A stretch of 64,000 nt of DNA from Basidiobolus meristosporus CBS 931.73 (taxonomy: Eukaryota; Fungi; Basidiobolomycota). Under the pieces are notes generated by a model. That model was given only the letters and a program-made list of their open reading frames with translations, made no database searches and was not told where the DNA came from. Within the stretch, counting starts at the first letter, position 1; the number at the start of each line of letters is the position of its first letter. The position numbers and the translations under genes are program-made. The stretch spans positions 1 through 64,000 of the forward strand of contig MCFE01000508.1 of NCBI GenBank assembly GCA_002104905.1. The letters are read 5' to 3'. Positions 12,472-24,072 of this stretch are shown here, piece after piece.

Positions 12472-13203
12472 AGACTTGTTCTGTTTGATAGTTCCCCATT
12501 CAGCCATGAGTGCCAAATAGTGCCATTGCATGCCAGAAAGGCATAGCAGACCTAAACTTGCCAACAGCGTGTGAAACATAGCTCTTCATCATGAGGCAAA
12601 GTAGCCCCTGTGTTTCACCCAATATGCTGGAGAAAATCTATTTTTTGACCTTTCTTTTGTATCAATGTTGTGCAGGATGTGTAAGAGCACAGAAGGACTG
12701 AAGACATGCATCTGGTACTCAATACCTTTGGCACTCTGAATCTGGCTCCTGTGGCTTGTATCATATCACCAAACTGCATGGCTCCATCTTGGTCCACTGG
12801 TACTATCAGACTCTATAACTAAATATTAGCCCTAAAGTAAAACTTATATAAAGCACTTATAGTGCCAGAGAGTATCAGTGGACCAAGATAGTGCCATGCA
12901 TTTTTGTGACATGATACAAGCTACATGAGATAGACTCATAGTGCCATGGGTATTGAGTACCAGATGAATGTTGTGATTTCTTTTGTGCTCTTATATTTCC
13001 TACATAGCATTGGTCCAAAAAAAAAGTCACAAAATGGATTTTCTCCAGTACAATGGGTGAAGCACAGGGGCAGCTTTGCATGAAGATGCAAAGCTATGTT
13101 TCACACTCAGTGGCCAGGCATAAGCTCACCAGGCCTCCCTGGCACACTATGGCATTATTTGGCACTCATGGCTCAATGTGGCACTATCCTACAGAACAGG
13201 CCT
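12472..13203. mobile_element. Foldback MITE copy 2 (732 bp), TSD AGT
   Basis: AGACTTGTTC...GAACAGGCCT termini, inverted arms, spacer is the reverse complement of that in copy 1. Confidence 0.9.
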
Positions 13204-13224
13204 AGTACATGAAGTAACTCAAAA

Positions 13225-13410
13225 AAGCCCAATGAGCCCCAGACCTTGCACACATACTCTTAAGACCTTTTGGACAGCACTTATGTGTTTGCTTTGCAAA
13301 GACTATGTATGAGCATAAGTACTAATCTTATGTTCAATAAATCATCAGGTGAAATCCACATTAGATACTTGTCCTCCTAATAACATCTAGTATCCCCACA
13401 CACTTACAAC
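13225..13410 (+). repeat. Ancient remnant related to the 3' half of the copia A LTR
   Basis: TTCAATAAATCATCAGGTGAAATCCACATTAGATACTTGT resembles 1764-1805. Confidence 0.55.
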
Positions 13411-13687
13411 TGTAATCAGCATTAGATATCAGGCTGTAGCACCACCTACATATGCATATGAAATACTATTTCTGTTGTGTTGTATTCTTATTAGCTTGAA
13501 GCATCTAATACAATAGACATGTTCCGTTGGATAGTGCCACATAGTACCAGCCTGTTTATAGTGCCATATCAATCTGGCACTATCTGGCACTATAACTTCT
13601 ACCATCATGTTAGTGGTATGTTATAGTTACTGGTAATTTTACTCAATCTTACTTATGCTGCTAAGAGTAGTGCTTTCCTTGCTTTAT

Positions 13688-14338
13688 TTACTCTTCATAA
13701 TGCTCCAGCCACATTTCTCTGAGTGGATGTCTTCTTGTATGAATATACTGTGCATTGATAAGTATCTTAACTATATTGCCTATTCTGCTGTTTTCTCCTA
13801 TATATGACTTTCCTCTGTATTTACCTGCCAATAAGCTGAATTTCTTCAGATATCCAAATGTATGCTCTACCCTCACTCTGAAATGCTTAAATATCTCATT
13901 GTAGAGCTTCTGCTTCCTGCTAAGCACACCATTCTGTGGCTTCCTATAAGCTGTGATACATCCTAATCTCTGACAATCCTCTCCTATATGGGCTAAGTCT
14001 GCCATACATTTCTCCCCTCTACTGAGTTCTGGATGATTCTCTACCCAGAGTGCTTTGTTATGCCTACTTCCAGCAAATGGCCTACTAAACCAGATGATGT
14101 TACCCTCTATGCCAGACAGTGGTTGAAACTTCACACAGTGTGCCTTGTACTTGCCAGCATAGAAGTGTCTCTGCCCTCTAGAAGGTCTGTTAATCCTGAC
14201 TGGGAAGGTATCCAAAATACTCCTTATATGGAACCTGTTGCTGAGCAATCTGTGATATGGAAGTCTATTGGAGCTTCTGAACCTAGTATTCCAAGCTTGC
14301 TCTAAGTCATTGATACCCTCTGCAAGGTGGTTCTCCAT
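13688..14338 (-). pseudogene. PIF/Harbinger-type DDE transposase, C-terminal 216 aa
   Basis: AGKYKAHCVKFQ, FAGSRHN (expected D appears as N), MADLAHIG, RVRVEHTFGYLK motifs; N-terminus cut off by the copia C insertion. Confidence 0.85.
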
Positions 14339-14483
14339 TGCTGTCAGCTGGGAATGAAAGCTTCTAGGACTTTTGTTGCCATGGATAGTGGGATGAAACC
14401 TTGTAAGGCAATAGTTCTTGTGGTAGCAGAGAAGCTTTACATGGGATCTCCTTAAGTAGATTGGGGTAGATGGACCGCATTAC

Positions 14484-17400
14484 TGTTGAAATAATTGGGA
14501 GTCCACCTAATTATTGATATATTATGAGCTAGCACTTAGTGAAATGATATATTTTAGATTATCAACATGGAAATTAGTTTGTAAGATATTTACCAATTAT
14601 TAGTAATTAGAGAAGTACAAAATTTTAGGAAAGTCTGAAACTTGTCCAAATGAGCTGAAACTTGGCACATGTACTCCTGAGACTCCCCTAATAATGGCCA
14701 AATAGTCACATTTACGCAGTTCTGCAATAAGTATAAATACTGTGTTGCAACTCAATAAAACATCAAGTGAATATCATGGAAATCTTCAAATTCTCCAATT
14801 CACTTCCAATATATCTCTCTAATATTTAAACAGGTTATGAGCCCCAAACTTGCTTTATCTTGGTTGCCTACTTTGCTTTAGTACTGTGTCTTTATTCTGG
14901 AGAAAGACCGCCTGGTCTACCTGAAGTTACAAAAGACAGAAAAGTACTACCGCTGCAAAGAGCTGCTAGATGGATATATTGTTTTGGAGAGAGAGGCCTT
15001 TGCCCTTAAAGAAGACACTAAGCAAAGAAAAAGGTCATATGTCAAGGAGATTATGTTGGACAAATTTCAAAAGTTATGGAATATGCAGAACAATGAAGGT
15101 TTGAGAAAATGCGTAATCCCAGCAAGGAGTCAACATCAATAAGGGGCATCTTACATGATATATGTATTAATGCTATGATCCTTATTATCACCACATGATG
15201 GATCTATATTGAAGATCCACAGTTGAGTTTGCTGACAGATATATGGATCAGCTTGCCCAAACTCTGAGGATCAAAATGATATATAATACCTATATATTTG
15301 GCCAAAGATCAGGGATCTCAGATATGCCAACTTAGGAGTGGTACGCATGATATATCAGTGGTACTATTTCCATTACCAATGATCCTGAGGCTCTGTGAGA
15401 CACTTATTAGACAAGCTACATGTCTACATCAAGTATCAGATACAGTGGGAGGAGATACATCCATATTTGTTGAAGCATGGAATTTCTACCGCCATCAAGA
15501 AAAGTGCTGCCGGAGACCTTGACCAAAGTATATGCATATAGTCTCTATATACACTACAGAATATGCATGAAGTACTATCAAGGAGTGTACTAGTTGCCCT
15601 ACACTAGTACATATATCACATACATACAGTGATGAAGGATCATTTATATTAACAAGGATCAGATGTTAATCATGCTATTTTGATCAGATCAAGTTACTGA
15701 CAGCTCCCAGCTATGGGCCAAACTGCAATGATGATATCTGCCACCAAGATGCTGAGAGAAATGGCTTTCTAAGGTAGTTTATTTGATCAAACTTGATCAA
15801 GCCTGTCAAAAGTTATGCCAGATCTAAATGGATGACTGATTTGGTGGAAACATCTCAGAATAGATATGTTTTGAGGACAGGAGGTTCCTGAACACTCTGG
15901 GAGATCTAACAAACCATGGATATGATACCTGTATGGTCCAGATCTAGATCAATAAGGAAATTCCAGCAACCAGCATCTTTAAGACCAGATACGGAACAAA
16001 AACCTACCGCCAATAAGTTGCCAGTTTCTAAATGGGAAGGTGATATGTAGGCCAGATTTGAACTATCTAGCACACCAGATATGATCCAGCTATCCTACCA
16101 CACAAGGATAGTGGAGTATTGTTGCTAAGGAAAGCAGCAGAGCAGTCCAAGAGAACCTATGTACTCAGAGGCAACAGCACAATTATGGTAAACAATGAAG
16201 TCAACTTACTTGCAGTGGAGGCTAGAGAAGTGGTACAAAGGGCCAACCTAAGGGTTATAATGGGTCCAGTAGAGCATGGACTTGTCTATTTGCACTGTCA
16301 ACCAAGCTCTATGCTGGAAAGTTCTATCAGAAGTAACAGTGGCTTATCAGAGCCATTATGGTAGATTTACGCAATTGGAAAGTGCCAGATCAGGTTGTAC
16401 TATTCAAGTGCAATAGTACATATGAGACCATATCTATCCTGTTTAGGATTAGGCCTCTATGAATAGCTGCCAATCAAGCTGTGGTATGCTGTGATACCAA
16501 ATCAAGCCTATCAAGATGCAAAGGGAAGATCTGAATACCGTAACAGTGATATCAGTCCAGGAAAGTTATGCCTAGATCAGAAGGATATATATGATCTATC
16601 TCAGTCAGTTTTAGAAGGTAGGAAGCACCAGAAGACATAGCTTCAGTGGGAGTACAATATCCCAGATCAGGAATGGAGAAATGCTAGGCTAGATACCATT
16701 GAAGGGACTAGTCTGGAAGAGGAAATACTTTGTCAAGCGTCAAAGAATAAGGCAACTACAATGCTGACCAATTGTTGGTCTCAGCAGATCATATATGGAG
16801 TATATGAGGAAAGTTACTATCCAGATCCAGTTATGGATATACGGAGGATAGTCTAAGTGAATTAGACTATAGACCGGAACTGTGGATGATCCAGATCTAC
16901 TGGAGAAAAGACCACATCCTAACTTTGCCAATTATTGACCAATTTTACTCGAATAAGAAATAGCAGATAGCCTGAGAATGCAGCTCTCTGATGATACAAA
17001 CTATGCTGGGATTCAATCAGTATCTAAAAAGTTTTACTCCGATCAAATTGATGATTCTCATTCATAGATATTTGTGATGAGATCAGAGTTCAGACTCAAA
17101 GCAATTTGATCTGAAGTATGTAATTAACAGTATGGACTTATACTTAGTTATTACAGATAATATGCAATCATTAACATATATTGGAGAATACATTAGTCCA
17201 ATGGGTTAGATGGTTAATTGCAGGTTTAATTTCAACCGCAAGATACAAAACACCACAGCAGTTCATAAGTATATGAACATATTATGTGAGTGGGAGTGTT
17301 GAAATAATTAGGAGTCCACCTAATTATTAATATATTATGAACTAGCACTTAGTGAAATGATATATTTCAGATTATCAATATGGAAATTAGTTTGTAAGAT

Positions 17401-17587
17401 ATTTACCAATTATTAGTAATTAGAGAAGTACAAAATTTTAGGAAAGTCTGAAACTTGTCTAAATGAGCTGAAACTTGGCACATGTACTCCTGAGACTCCC
17501 CTAATAATGACCAAATAGTCACATTCACGCAGTTCTGCAATAAGTATAAATACTGTGTTGCAACTCAATAAAACATCAAGTGAATAT
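14484..17587 (+). mobile_element. Non-autonomous copia-derived LTR element C (LTRs 14484-14832 and 17297-17587, the latter 3'-truncated)
   Basis: LTRs differ at 8 of 291 aligned nt; copia-type PBS and PPT; 2.46-kb internal region has no ORF over 100 aa. Confidence 0.9.
14833..14844 (+). other. PBS of element C, copia/Ty5-type (internal half of initiator tRNA-Met)
   Basis: GGTTATGAGCCC directly after the LTR CA. Confidence 0.75.
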
Positions 17588-17839
17588 TTGGCGCAATCAG
17601 CTTTATTTATCTGATTTGCCATGCATTATGATTAAATCTCCACCAAATGCCATGTATCCCATCATTATGTTGCAAAAATCATCCTTAAACGATGACTGGG
17701 TATTTTTACTGATGTTTTATTTACAAGTCTATAATCAAATAGGAAATCTTCAATGCAATCCAAGATGCATCATGCATAATATATGGAAAATTCAACAATC
17801 ACTTTGTTTTCCAATATATTTTATATAAGACCAGGTTGA

Positions 17840-19120
17840 TGCCAATACACCCCTGTATAAGTATCCAAATCTGTTACTATGGTCCCTATACCAAGTCTCA
17901 ACTCATCATTAGTTCAACCAGACAAAACCCATCCCCCAGCTCTGAAGCATGGTCCAAACCGGAAAAGACAATGTTGGATCCGTTCAAGTTCTTGCCAAAT
18001 GATTTCAGTATGTCCCAAGTGTCTATGATGAGCCTTCATCCAGATATTTGGGCACTACTCATTAATCTAGCAGAACCAGATACCTTGGAGAGTTGACAGA
18101 GATGGAAGAACCTGAGTAGAAAGCTGTGGCATGAGTTCTACATCAAGATGCCAGTGGTTGTATGTAAGAAGAAATATAACAATACAAGTATTGAAATCAA
18201 GAATGAGGTGAGAGTGGGGGATTTGATCAGGAAGCTGTGCAGGAACAATTTTGCACGCAATTTGCACAGTACGGGCTAGACATGTTTGTTTGTGCCTCAA
18301 CTTTGGGAACCAAAGAGATTTTGAAAGAGCTTTTGCCTCAAACTACTAATGTATTACATGATATATTAGTAGAGCAAAGTGGCTTCCAGGAGCAATATAC
18401 AAAGGACTCATCCAGGCAACAGTTGCAAAGTATTAGACAGAGGGTAAGTGAATACTTTCAGGAATCAGAAGGTGAGCTTCAAGAGGAAGAATACAGACTG
18501 CAAGCAACATTGTCTAGATTGCTCTAACATGCCTTGTTGGATTCCTTACCATCCCTTGCAGCTTCAGCACACCAGCGCATGTCAGTCCAAACTACACCAA
18601 CACCCTTCACAAGAGCGCCTTGCATAGACTCAATGTGTATTGGGTCAACTTGTGCACTTCAGAGCAAGACCACCAGAACCTGCCAAGCTGCTCAAAAAGA
18701 CAAGAGTTGATTGGAGCAGGCCCAGTTGCGTCAACAAGCAGCATCACATTGAACTCAGCCAAGGGCCATGCCAGCACATCAAGTTGCATCTGCATGTGCC
18801 ATTACACCTGACCATCAGCAAGTTTCTTCTGGTGAACTGACAGTTGATGACCCACATGAAGTGCCTCCACCACCAGAGCCTTTGGCAAGTAAAAGAATGC
18901 ATCAGCGCGTAGCACTGCAGGCTGGCTCAGTTGCATCATATGGTGAAATTCAGTGCGGCCAAGCTGCAGCATTTGCACTCATCAACTAGGAGACAAAATA
19001 CTGACTACAAATACATAAGTAGCCAAGAGGATAGTCAACAAGAAAGTAGTTTAGGTGTGCAAAGTGAATCACTACCAAATGGTTCAGTAGTAATCCCTGT
19101 GAGAAAAAAGCCTAGGAGAA
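17840..19120 (+). pseudogene. Possible decayed second gene of the Pangu-like element
   Basis: ORF fragments 17836-18096 and 18237-18527; conserved in the inverted copy at 21820-22640. Confidence 0.4.
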
Positions 19121-19920
19121 GATGATGCAATAGCATTGAATTGCTATTATTTGTAATGATCCAAACAACACATTGTTTTGTGATCTGCATCAAGCCATTG
19201 CAAATCAGTGATCACTAAATTTTTGATATAAGCAATATTAAGATTGTCTCACATTTGACACTGGACCCCTATAAATAAACACCCTACATATGTATACATT
19301 ATCTGTGGCACCAGTGCAGCTATTTGATCTGATTTGCATCATACAATTGGTTGCATGCTAGCTATGACACCCTGTTCAATCACTAGGATCAGGAATTTAC
19401 TTGCTTAATGGGCAAAATGGAATATTTGATTGCAAATCAGGTAACTTGTGTATTGGTCAAAGAGCCAATTGGGGTTGACTCCTTCAGGATACTTTTGGAC
19501 CAATTAACCCCTAGGATACCATCCAATTGGAGGGTTGGTAACCAAAATGGTAAGTATCAGTGTAGTTTATAGTGTGATATGCACTTATTTCCATTTACAT
19601 TAAAGAAACATATCCAAATACCGGATTTTACCTGCCATTATAGCAGTATCCAATTGCGCACGTGATGCAAACATTACCAGATTTTAGCTACCACAATAGA
19701 GGTATCCAATTGCACACGTGATATAAACATTATAAGTGGGTGCAATCATTTATGCCAATCTTGTTGTGTCAGATTGTGCCATAGTGTGTAAATTGTCCCA
19801 CATGGTGCAAAATTATCCAAGAGAGATCCTGCCTACTGATAGCTACAATATTGCACCCAATTGTTCTTTGAGACTGCGGATTGCGCCATGCGCCCTGGCA
19901 TAGTACAATGGAACAAGTCT

Positions 19921-20798
19921 AATATGAGGGCTAGTCAACAGTAAGCAACAACTGCCAGTATGCTAATATAGAAATTGTTCATTGGGAATCTGATATACTA
20001 ATAGATATAACTTTCCCCAATAAACTCAATTTGAGGCACAGATATACTATAGCCAGTGTTTCTCACCTCAACAGTAGTGTTGTGACCTTTTGTCAACTAT
20101 AGGGCTTATTTACCTTATAGTAACTTCTCTGACCAAAATGTGGTAGTTATTGTCTAGAACTTAGATTGGATTTTAGTAAGCTTTGCAGTCTCTTTACTAA
20201 TACACTACCAGTCAAATTTGGATCACTCTACAATGCAAGTGATGCACATGAAGTCTTGTAACCAAAAAAATTGCACTTGTAGTGGGACAATTCTGGGTAG
20301 AGAAGCTCTCATTCATTTTTCAGCATGAAAAGTTATATATATGGGAGTTCTGAAGGATCAAAGTTTTGGGGCAAATCTACCAGCAATACACATGATGCAA
20401 AGCCAAAATTCTGATGTGGCACAGATTGGACATAGGTGCAGCACCTGTGTAAACTTCACATGATTGGATTGGCTTGCCAAAAGTTACATGCAATCAAAGT
20501 TGCCATAGAAATCCTGGCAACAAAGGTCCAGTATATATGGTTATTAGACTCTTTTGGTCACAACTCCATAAATACTATCTCAAAGAGTTGTAGCTTGAAG
20601 TATGAGCTGGCTACAGAGTGTTCTGCATGACATAACACTGTTGGGTGGATTGCTTGTCAGGGTTTTGAGGTTTTGTTGCTCAAAGTTGGAAATTCTTGAT
20701 AATTCATCTGTGTGTTACAATAGTAAAAAGCACAACAAAAAAGTGAGTGCAATATGGTCTTGAGATATAGTAGTAATGGAATACACTCCATTACCTCA
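19921..20798 (+). repeat. Unclassified repeat X (its first part is 13459-13514, left of the Pangu-like insertion)
   Basis: Aligns with 49640-51856; lacks the AAAGGGG array; ends in hairpin GTAATGGA-ATACAC-TCCATTAC. Confidence 0.7.
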
Positions 20799-20845
20799 CT
20801 TCTCTTAGATTTGACTCTGCTTTATATATTTGCCCCCAATGAAGG

Positions 20846-21015
20846 AAACCTGTTCTGTTAGATAGTGCCACATTGAGCCATGCATACCAAACAGTTCTAG
20901 AGTGCACCAAAGTGGCATGGCAGACCTATATTTGGCCACACAATGTGAAACATAGTTTTGCATCCTCATGCAAAGCCGCCCCTGTGTCTTACCAGCTACA
21001 CTGCAGAGAATCTAT
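20846..21015 (+). mobile_element. Truncated arm of the foldback MITE
   Basis: AAACCTGTTCTGTTAGATAGTGCCACATTGAGCC matches the MITE terminus; cut by the next element. Confidence 0.8.
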
Positions 21016-22647
21016 AGACTTGTTCTATTCTACAATGCCAGGGCATGCAGCACAATCCTCAGTCTCTAAGAACAATTGGGCACAATATTATAGGTACCAG
21101 TAAGCAGGGTTGCACTTGGACAATTTTGCACCATGCAAGACAATCTTGAGCCCTATGGCACAGTCTGATACAATGAGGCTGGCACAAATGATGGTGCCGG
21201 CTTGTAATGTTTATATCACATGCACAATTGGATGCTGCTATTATGGTAGGTAAAATCCTGTATTTGCATATGTTTCTTTGATGTAAATGGAAGCAAATGC
21301 ATATCACACTATATATTACTATGATACTTACTATTTTGGTTACCATTACTCCAATTGGATGGTATCTCAGTGGCTAGTTGGTCCAAAAGTATTCTGAAGC
21401 TGTCAGCCCCCTCTTGGCTCTTTGACCAATACACAAGCTACCTGATTTGGCATCATATATCCTATTTTGCCTATTGAGCAATTAGATCCCTGATCCTAGT
21501 GACTGGACAAGGTGTCATTGCTAGCATGCAACCAATCAAACAGGTCCATAACGGATCCAATGGCTGCACTGGTGTAACATGATGTATATTTGCAAAGTGT
21601 TCATTTATAGAGGTTCTGTCTTAAATGTACAACAACCTTGATATTGCTTAAATCAAAAATTTAGTGATCACTGATTTGCAATGGCTTGAGTTGGATAGCA
21701 AAAAAAATGTGTTGTTTGGATCATGGCAAATATAGCAATTCAATGCAATTGCATCATCTTCTAGGCTTTTCTCTCACCGGGATACTACTGAAGCATTTGG
21801 TAATGATTCACTCTGTATGCCTAAACTGCTTCCTTGTTGACTGTCTTCTTGGCTACTTGTGTATTGTAGTCTGTATTTTGCCTCCTAGTTGATGAGTGCA
21901 ATGCTGCAGCTTGGCCGCACTTAATTGCGCCAGATGATGCTACTGAACTGGCTTGCAGTGGCATAGTCTGGACTAATGTGTGCTGGCATGCTGAAGTTGC
22001 AAGGGATGGTAAGGAATCCAGCAAGGAGTGCTGGCACAATCTAGATGCTGTTGCTTGCAGTCTGTATTCTTCCTCTTGAAGTTCACCTTCTGATCCCTCA
22101 AAGTATGCACTTACCCTCTGTCTAATACTTTGGAACTGTTGCCTGGATGAGTCCTGTGTATATAGCTCTTGGAAGCCACTTAGCTCTACTAATATATCAT
22201 GTGATACATTAGTTATCTGAGGCTAAAACCCATTCAAATCTCTTTTGTTCCCAAAGTTAAGGCACAAACAGATGCATCCAGCTTCTACTGTGCAAATTGT
22301 GCACAAAATTGTTCCTGTGCGGCTTCCTCATCAAATCCCCCCACTCCCAGCTCATTCTTGATTTCAATACTTGCCTTGTTATATATCTTCTTACATACAT
22401 CTGCTGGCATTGCAATCTAGAACTAATGCCACAGCTTTCTACTCAGGTTTTTCCATCTCTGTCAACTCTCTAAGGTATCTAGTTCTACTAGATTAATGAG
22501 TAGTGCCAAAATATCTGTATGAAGGCTCATCAAAGACACTTGCGCCATACTAATTCATTAGGCAAGAACTTGAACAGATCCAGCATTGACTTTCCTGGTT
22601 TGGATTACACTTGTGAGCTGGGGGATGATCTTTGTCTGGGTTGTACT
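21016..22647 (+). mobile_element. Second, inverted, partial copy of the Pangu-like element right half
   Basis: Starts AGACTTGTTC; reverse complement of ~17910-19920; truncated by gypsy D. Confidence 0.85.
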
Positions 22648-22906
22648 TGTTATGATCTGCCACTTGAATGTTTAAGTTAGATCAGTTTTTAGTCAAATCA
22701 ATTAGTATATGTTTAGGTTATCAGTATATCAGTATTATCTATGAAATCAGTAGCATTAGTCAGCAAATGAATCAGCAGATCCTTATCAGACAGAAATAGA
22801 TATATTCAGTAGGATCTTATTGGGTGATGATGATGCAATCAAATGAGTCATCAGCCACAACCTACATTAGGAAATACAATTAGTCAGCAATTGATCTGGC
22901 AAAATG

Positions 22907-22936
22907 TATATAAGGAGCTGCTGGAACCTCAATAAA
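22907..22936 (+). promoter_or_regulatory. TATA box and AATAAA in gypsy D LTR
   Basis: TATATAA at 22907, AATAAA at 22931; TATA conserved in the other D LTRs. Confidence 0.55.
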
Positions 22937-23016
22937 AATTGGTTCAAGTTTTAGTGAATACAATACTAGCTAAACTCCCTATTCCTCTACAACTCTTATG
23001 CCAAGACTTGTAACGT

Positions 23017-23026
23017 TGGTAGCAGC
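23017..23026 (+). other. PBS of gypsy D, initiator tRNA-Met-like
   Basis: TGGTAGCAGC; repeated at 27608. Confidence 0.75.
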
Positions 23027-23073
23027 AATAACCAGAAACCTCCCTCCTGAAGAAAGAAGAAACCACCCTCAAG

Positions 23074-24072
23074 ATGTTGGACAATCAAAGATGGAAGAAT
23101 GCCATGCAGCAAATCCTGGCCCAACAGCAACAGTTACTCCAGATCCTCAGCCAACAGCAACAAGGAATGACTACCATGGCTCAGAGCCAGCAAAGCCCTG
23201 TCAAGAGCAACTTTAGTGTGAAGGTTGACTGGTACCATGGCAGAGTCAATGAAAACCTGGGAACTTGGCTCTTTCAGATTGAAGAAGCTTTTAAAGCTAA
23301 AGGAATTGCTCCAGAAAGCAAGTTGCATTATGCAGCTTCTTATCTGGCAGATGCAGCTTTACAGTGGTGCCACAACAAGATCAGGTTAGCCACTATGATG
23401 GGATGCTCTACAATCTCTACCTGGGATCAGTTTGTCTTGGAAATTCAGGATGCTCTTGAACCTCCACACCAGCAGACACTACTAAGAAGGAAGTTAAAGA
23501 CACTCAGACAGAAAGGAATGGTGCAAGAATGCATCTATGAGTACAGATGTCTACTTAGACAAACATCTATGAATACAGATGTACTTGGGCAAATTGAAAG
23601 AGTGGACCCCTTGGATCAAGTTGAATACTTTATTGATGGGTTGAAAGAAAGAGCTTGCAAGGAAGTGAATTACCAAAGACCTCAGACTATTGAAGAAGCC
23701 ATCAAGATTGCCATTGACTATGACTCAGCTATGTTTGGAGTTGGGAAGCCTACAGTGACTAATCAGAAAGGCTGCAATCATTATGAAAGAAGACAATCAG
23801 AAGCAGTTCCAATGGAAATAGATGCTATGCAGAAGAATCCTACCTCAGAAGAATGTAAGAAGAAAGGACTTTGCTTCAATTGCCACCAGCAAGGACATAT
23901 TGCAAAGTACTGCCCTCAGAGAAGAAATAGACACCAGCCAACAAGAACCTTCAACCATATTGAGTCCTATGAACACAGTAATGTGGAAGATGAGCTTGAA
24001 GAAGACTTGGAACTCACCTTCCATATGACAGAAGAGTACTTGTCCCAAATGACCACAAACTCAGGGAAGTGA
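23074..24072 (+). CDS. gag: Gypsy D Gag (capsid + CCHC zinc knuckle)
   Basis: 332 aa; WLFQIE, AVPMEIDA, CFNCHQQGHIAKYC. Confidence 0.93.
   Translation: MLDNQRWKNAMQQILAQQQQLLQILSQQQQGMTTMAQSQQSPVKSNFSVKVDWYHGRVNENLGTWLFQIEEAFKAKGIAPESKLHYAASYLADAALQWCHNKIRLATMMGCSTISTWDQFVLEIQDALEPPHQQTLLRRKLKTLRQKGMVQECIYEYRCLLRQTSMNTDVLGQIERVDPLDQVEYFIDGLKERACKEVNYQRPQTIEEAIKIAIDYDSAMFGVGKPTVTNQKGCNHYERRQSEAVPMEIDAMQKNPTSEECKKKGLCFNCHQQGHIAKYCPQRRNRHQPTRTFNHIESYEHSNVEDELEEDLELTFHMTEEYLSQMTTNSGK

Larger units (their letters stand above)
13515..19920 (-). mobile_element. PIF/Harbinger-superfamily DNA transposon (Pangu-like), TSD AAT, interrupted by copia C
   Basis: 15-bp TIR AGAC(A/T)TGTTCC(G/A)TTG, AAT at 13512-14 and 19921-23, host repeat X rejoins across it, DDE_Tnp_4-type ORF inside. 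Confidence 0.88.

Noticed and set aside
18031-18129. F-box-like string SLHPDIWALLINLAEPDTLES*QRWKNLSRKLW
   Set aside because: Several residues short of the motif, and the internal TGA is present in both copies; frame not established
24070-24072. In-frame TGA between gag and pol suggesting programmed readthrough
   Set aside because: The paralog at ~42488 has TTA (Leu) at this codon and its own stop three codons later, so both look like point mutations
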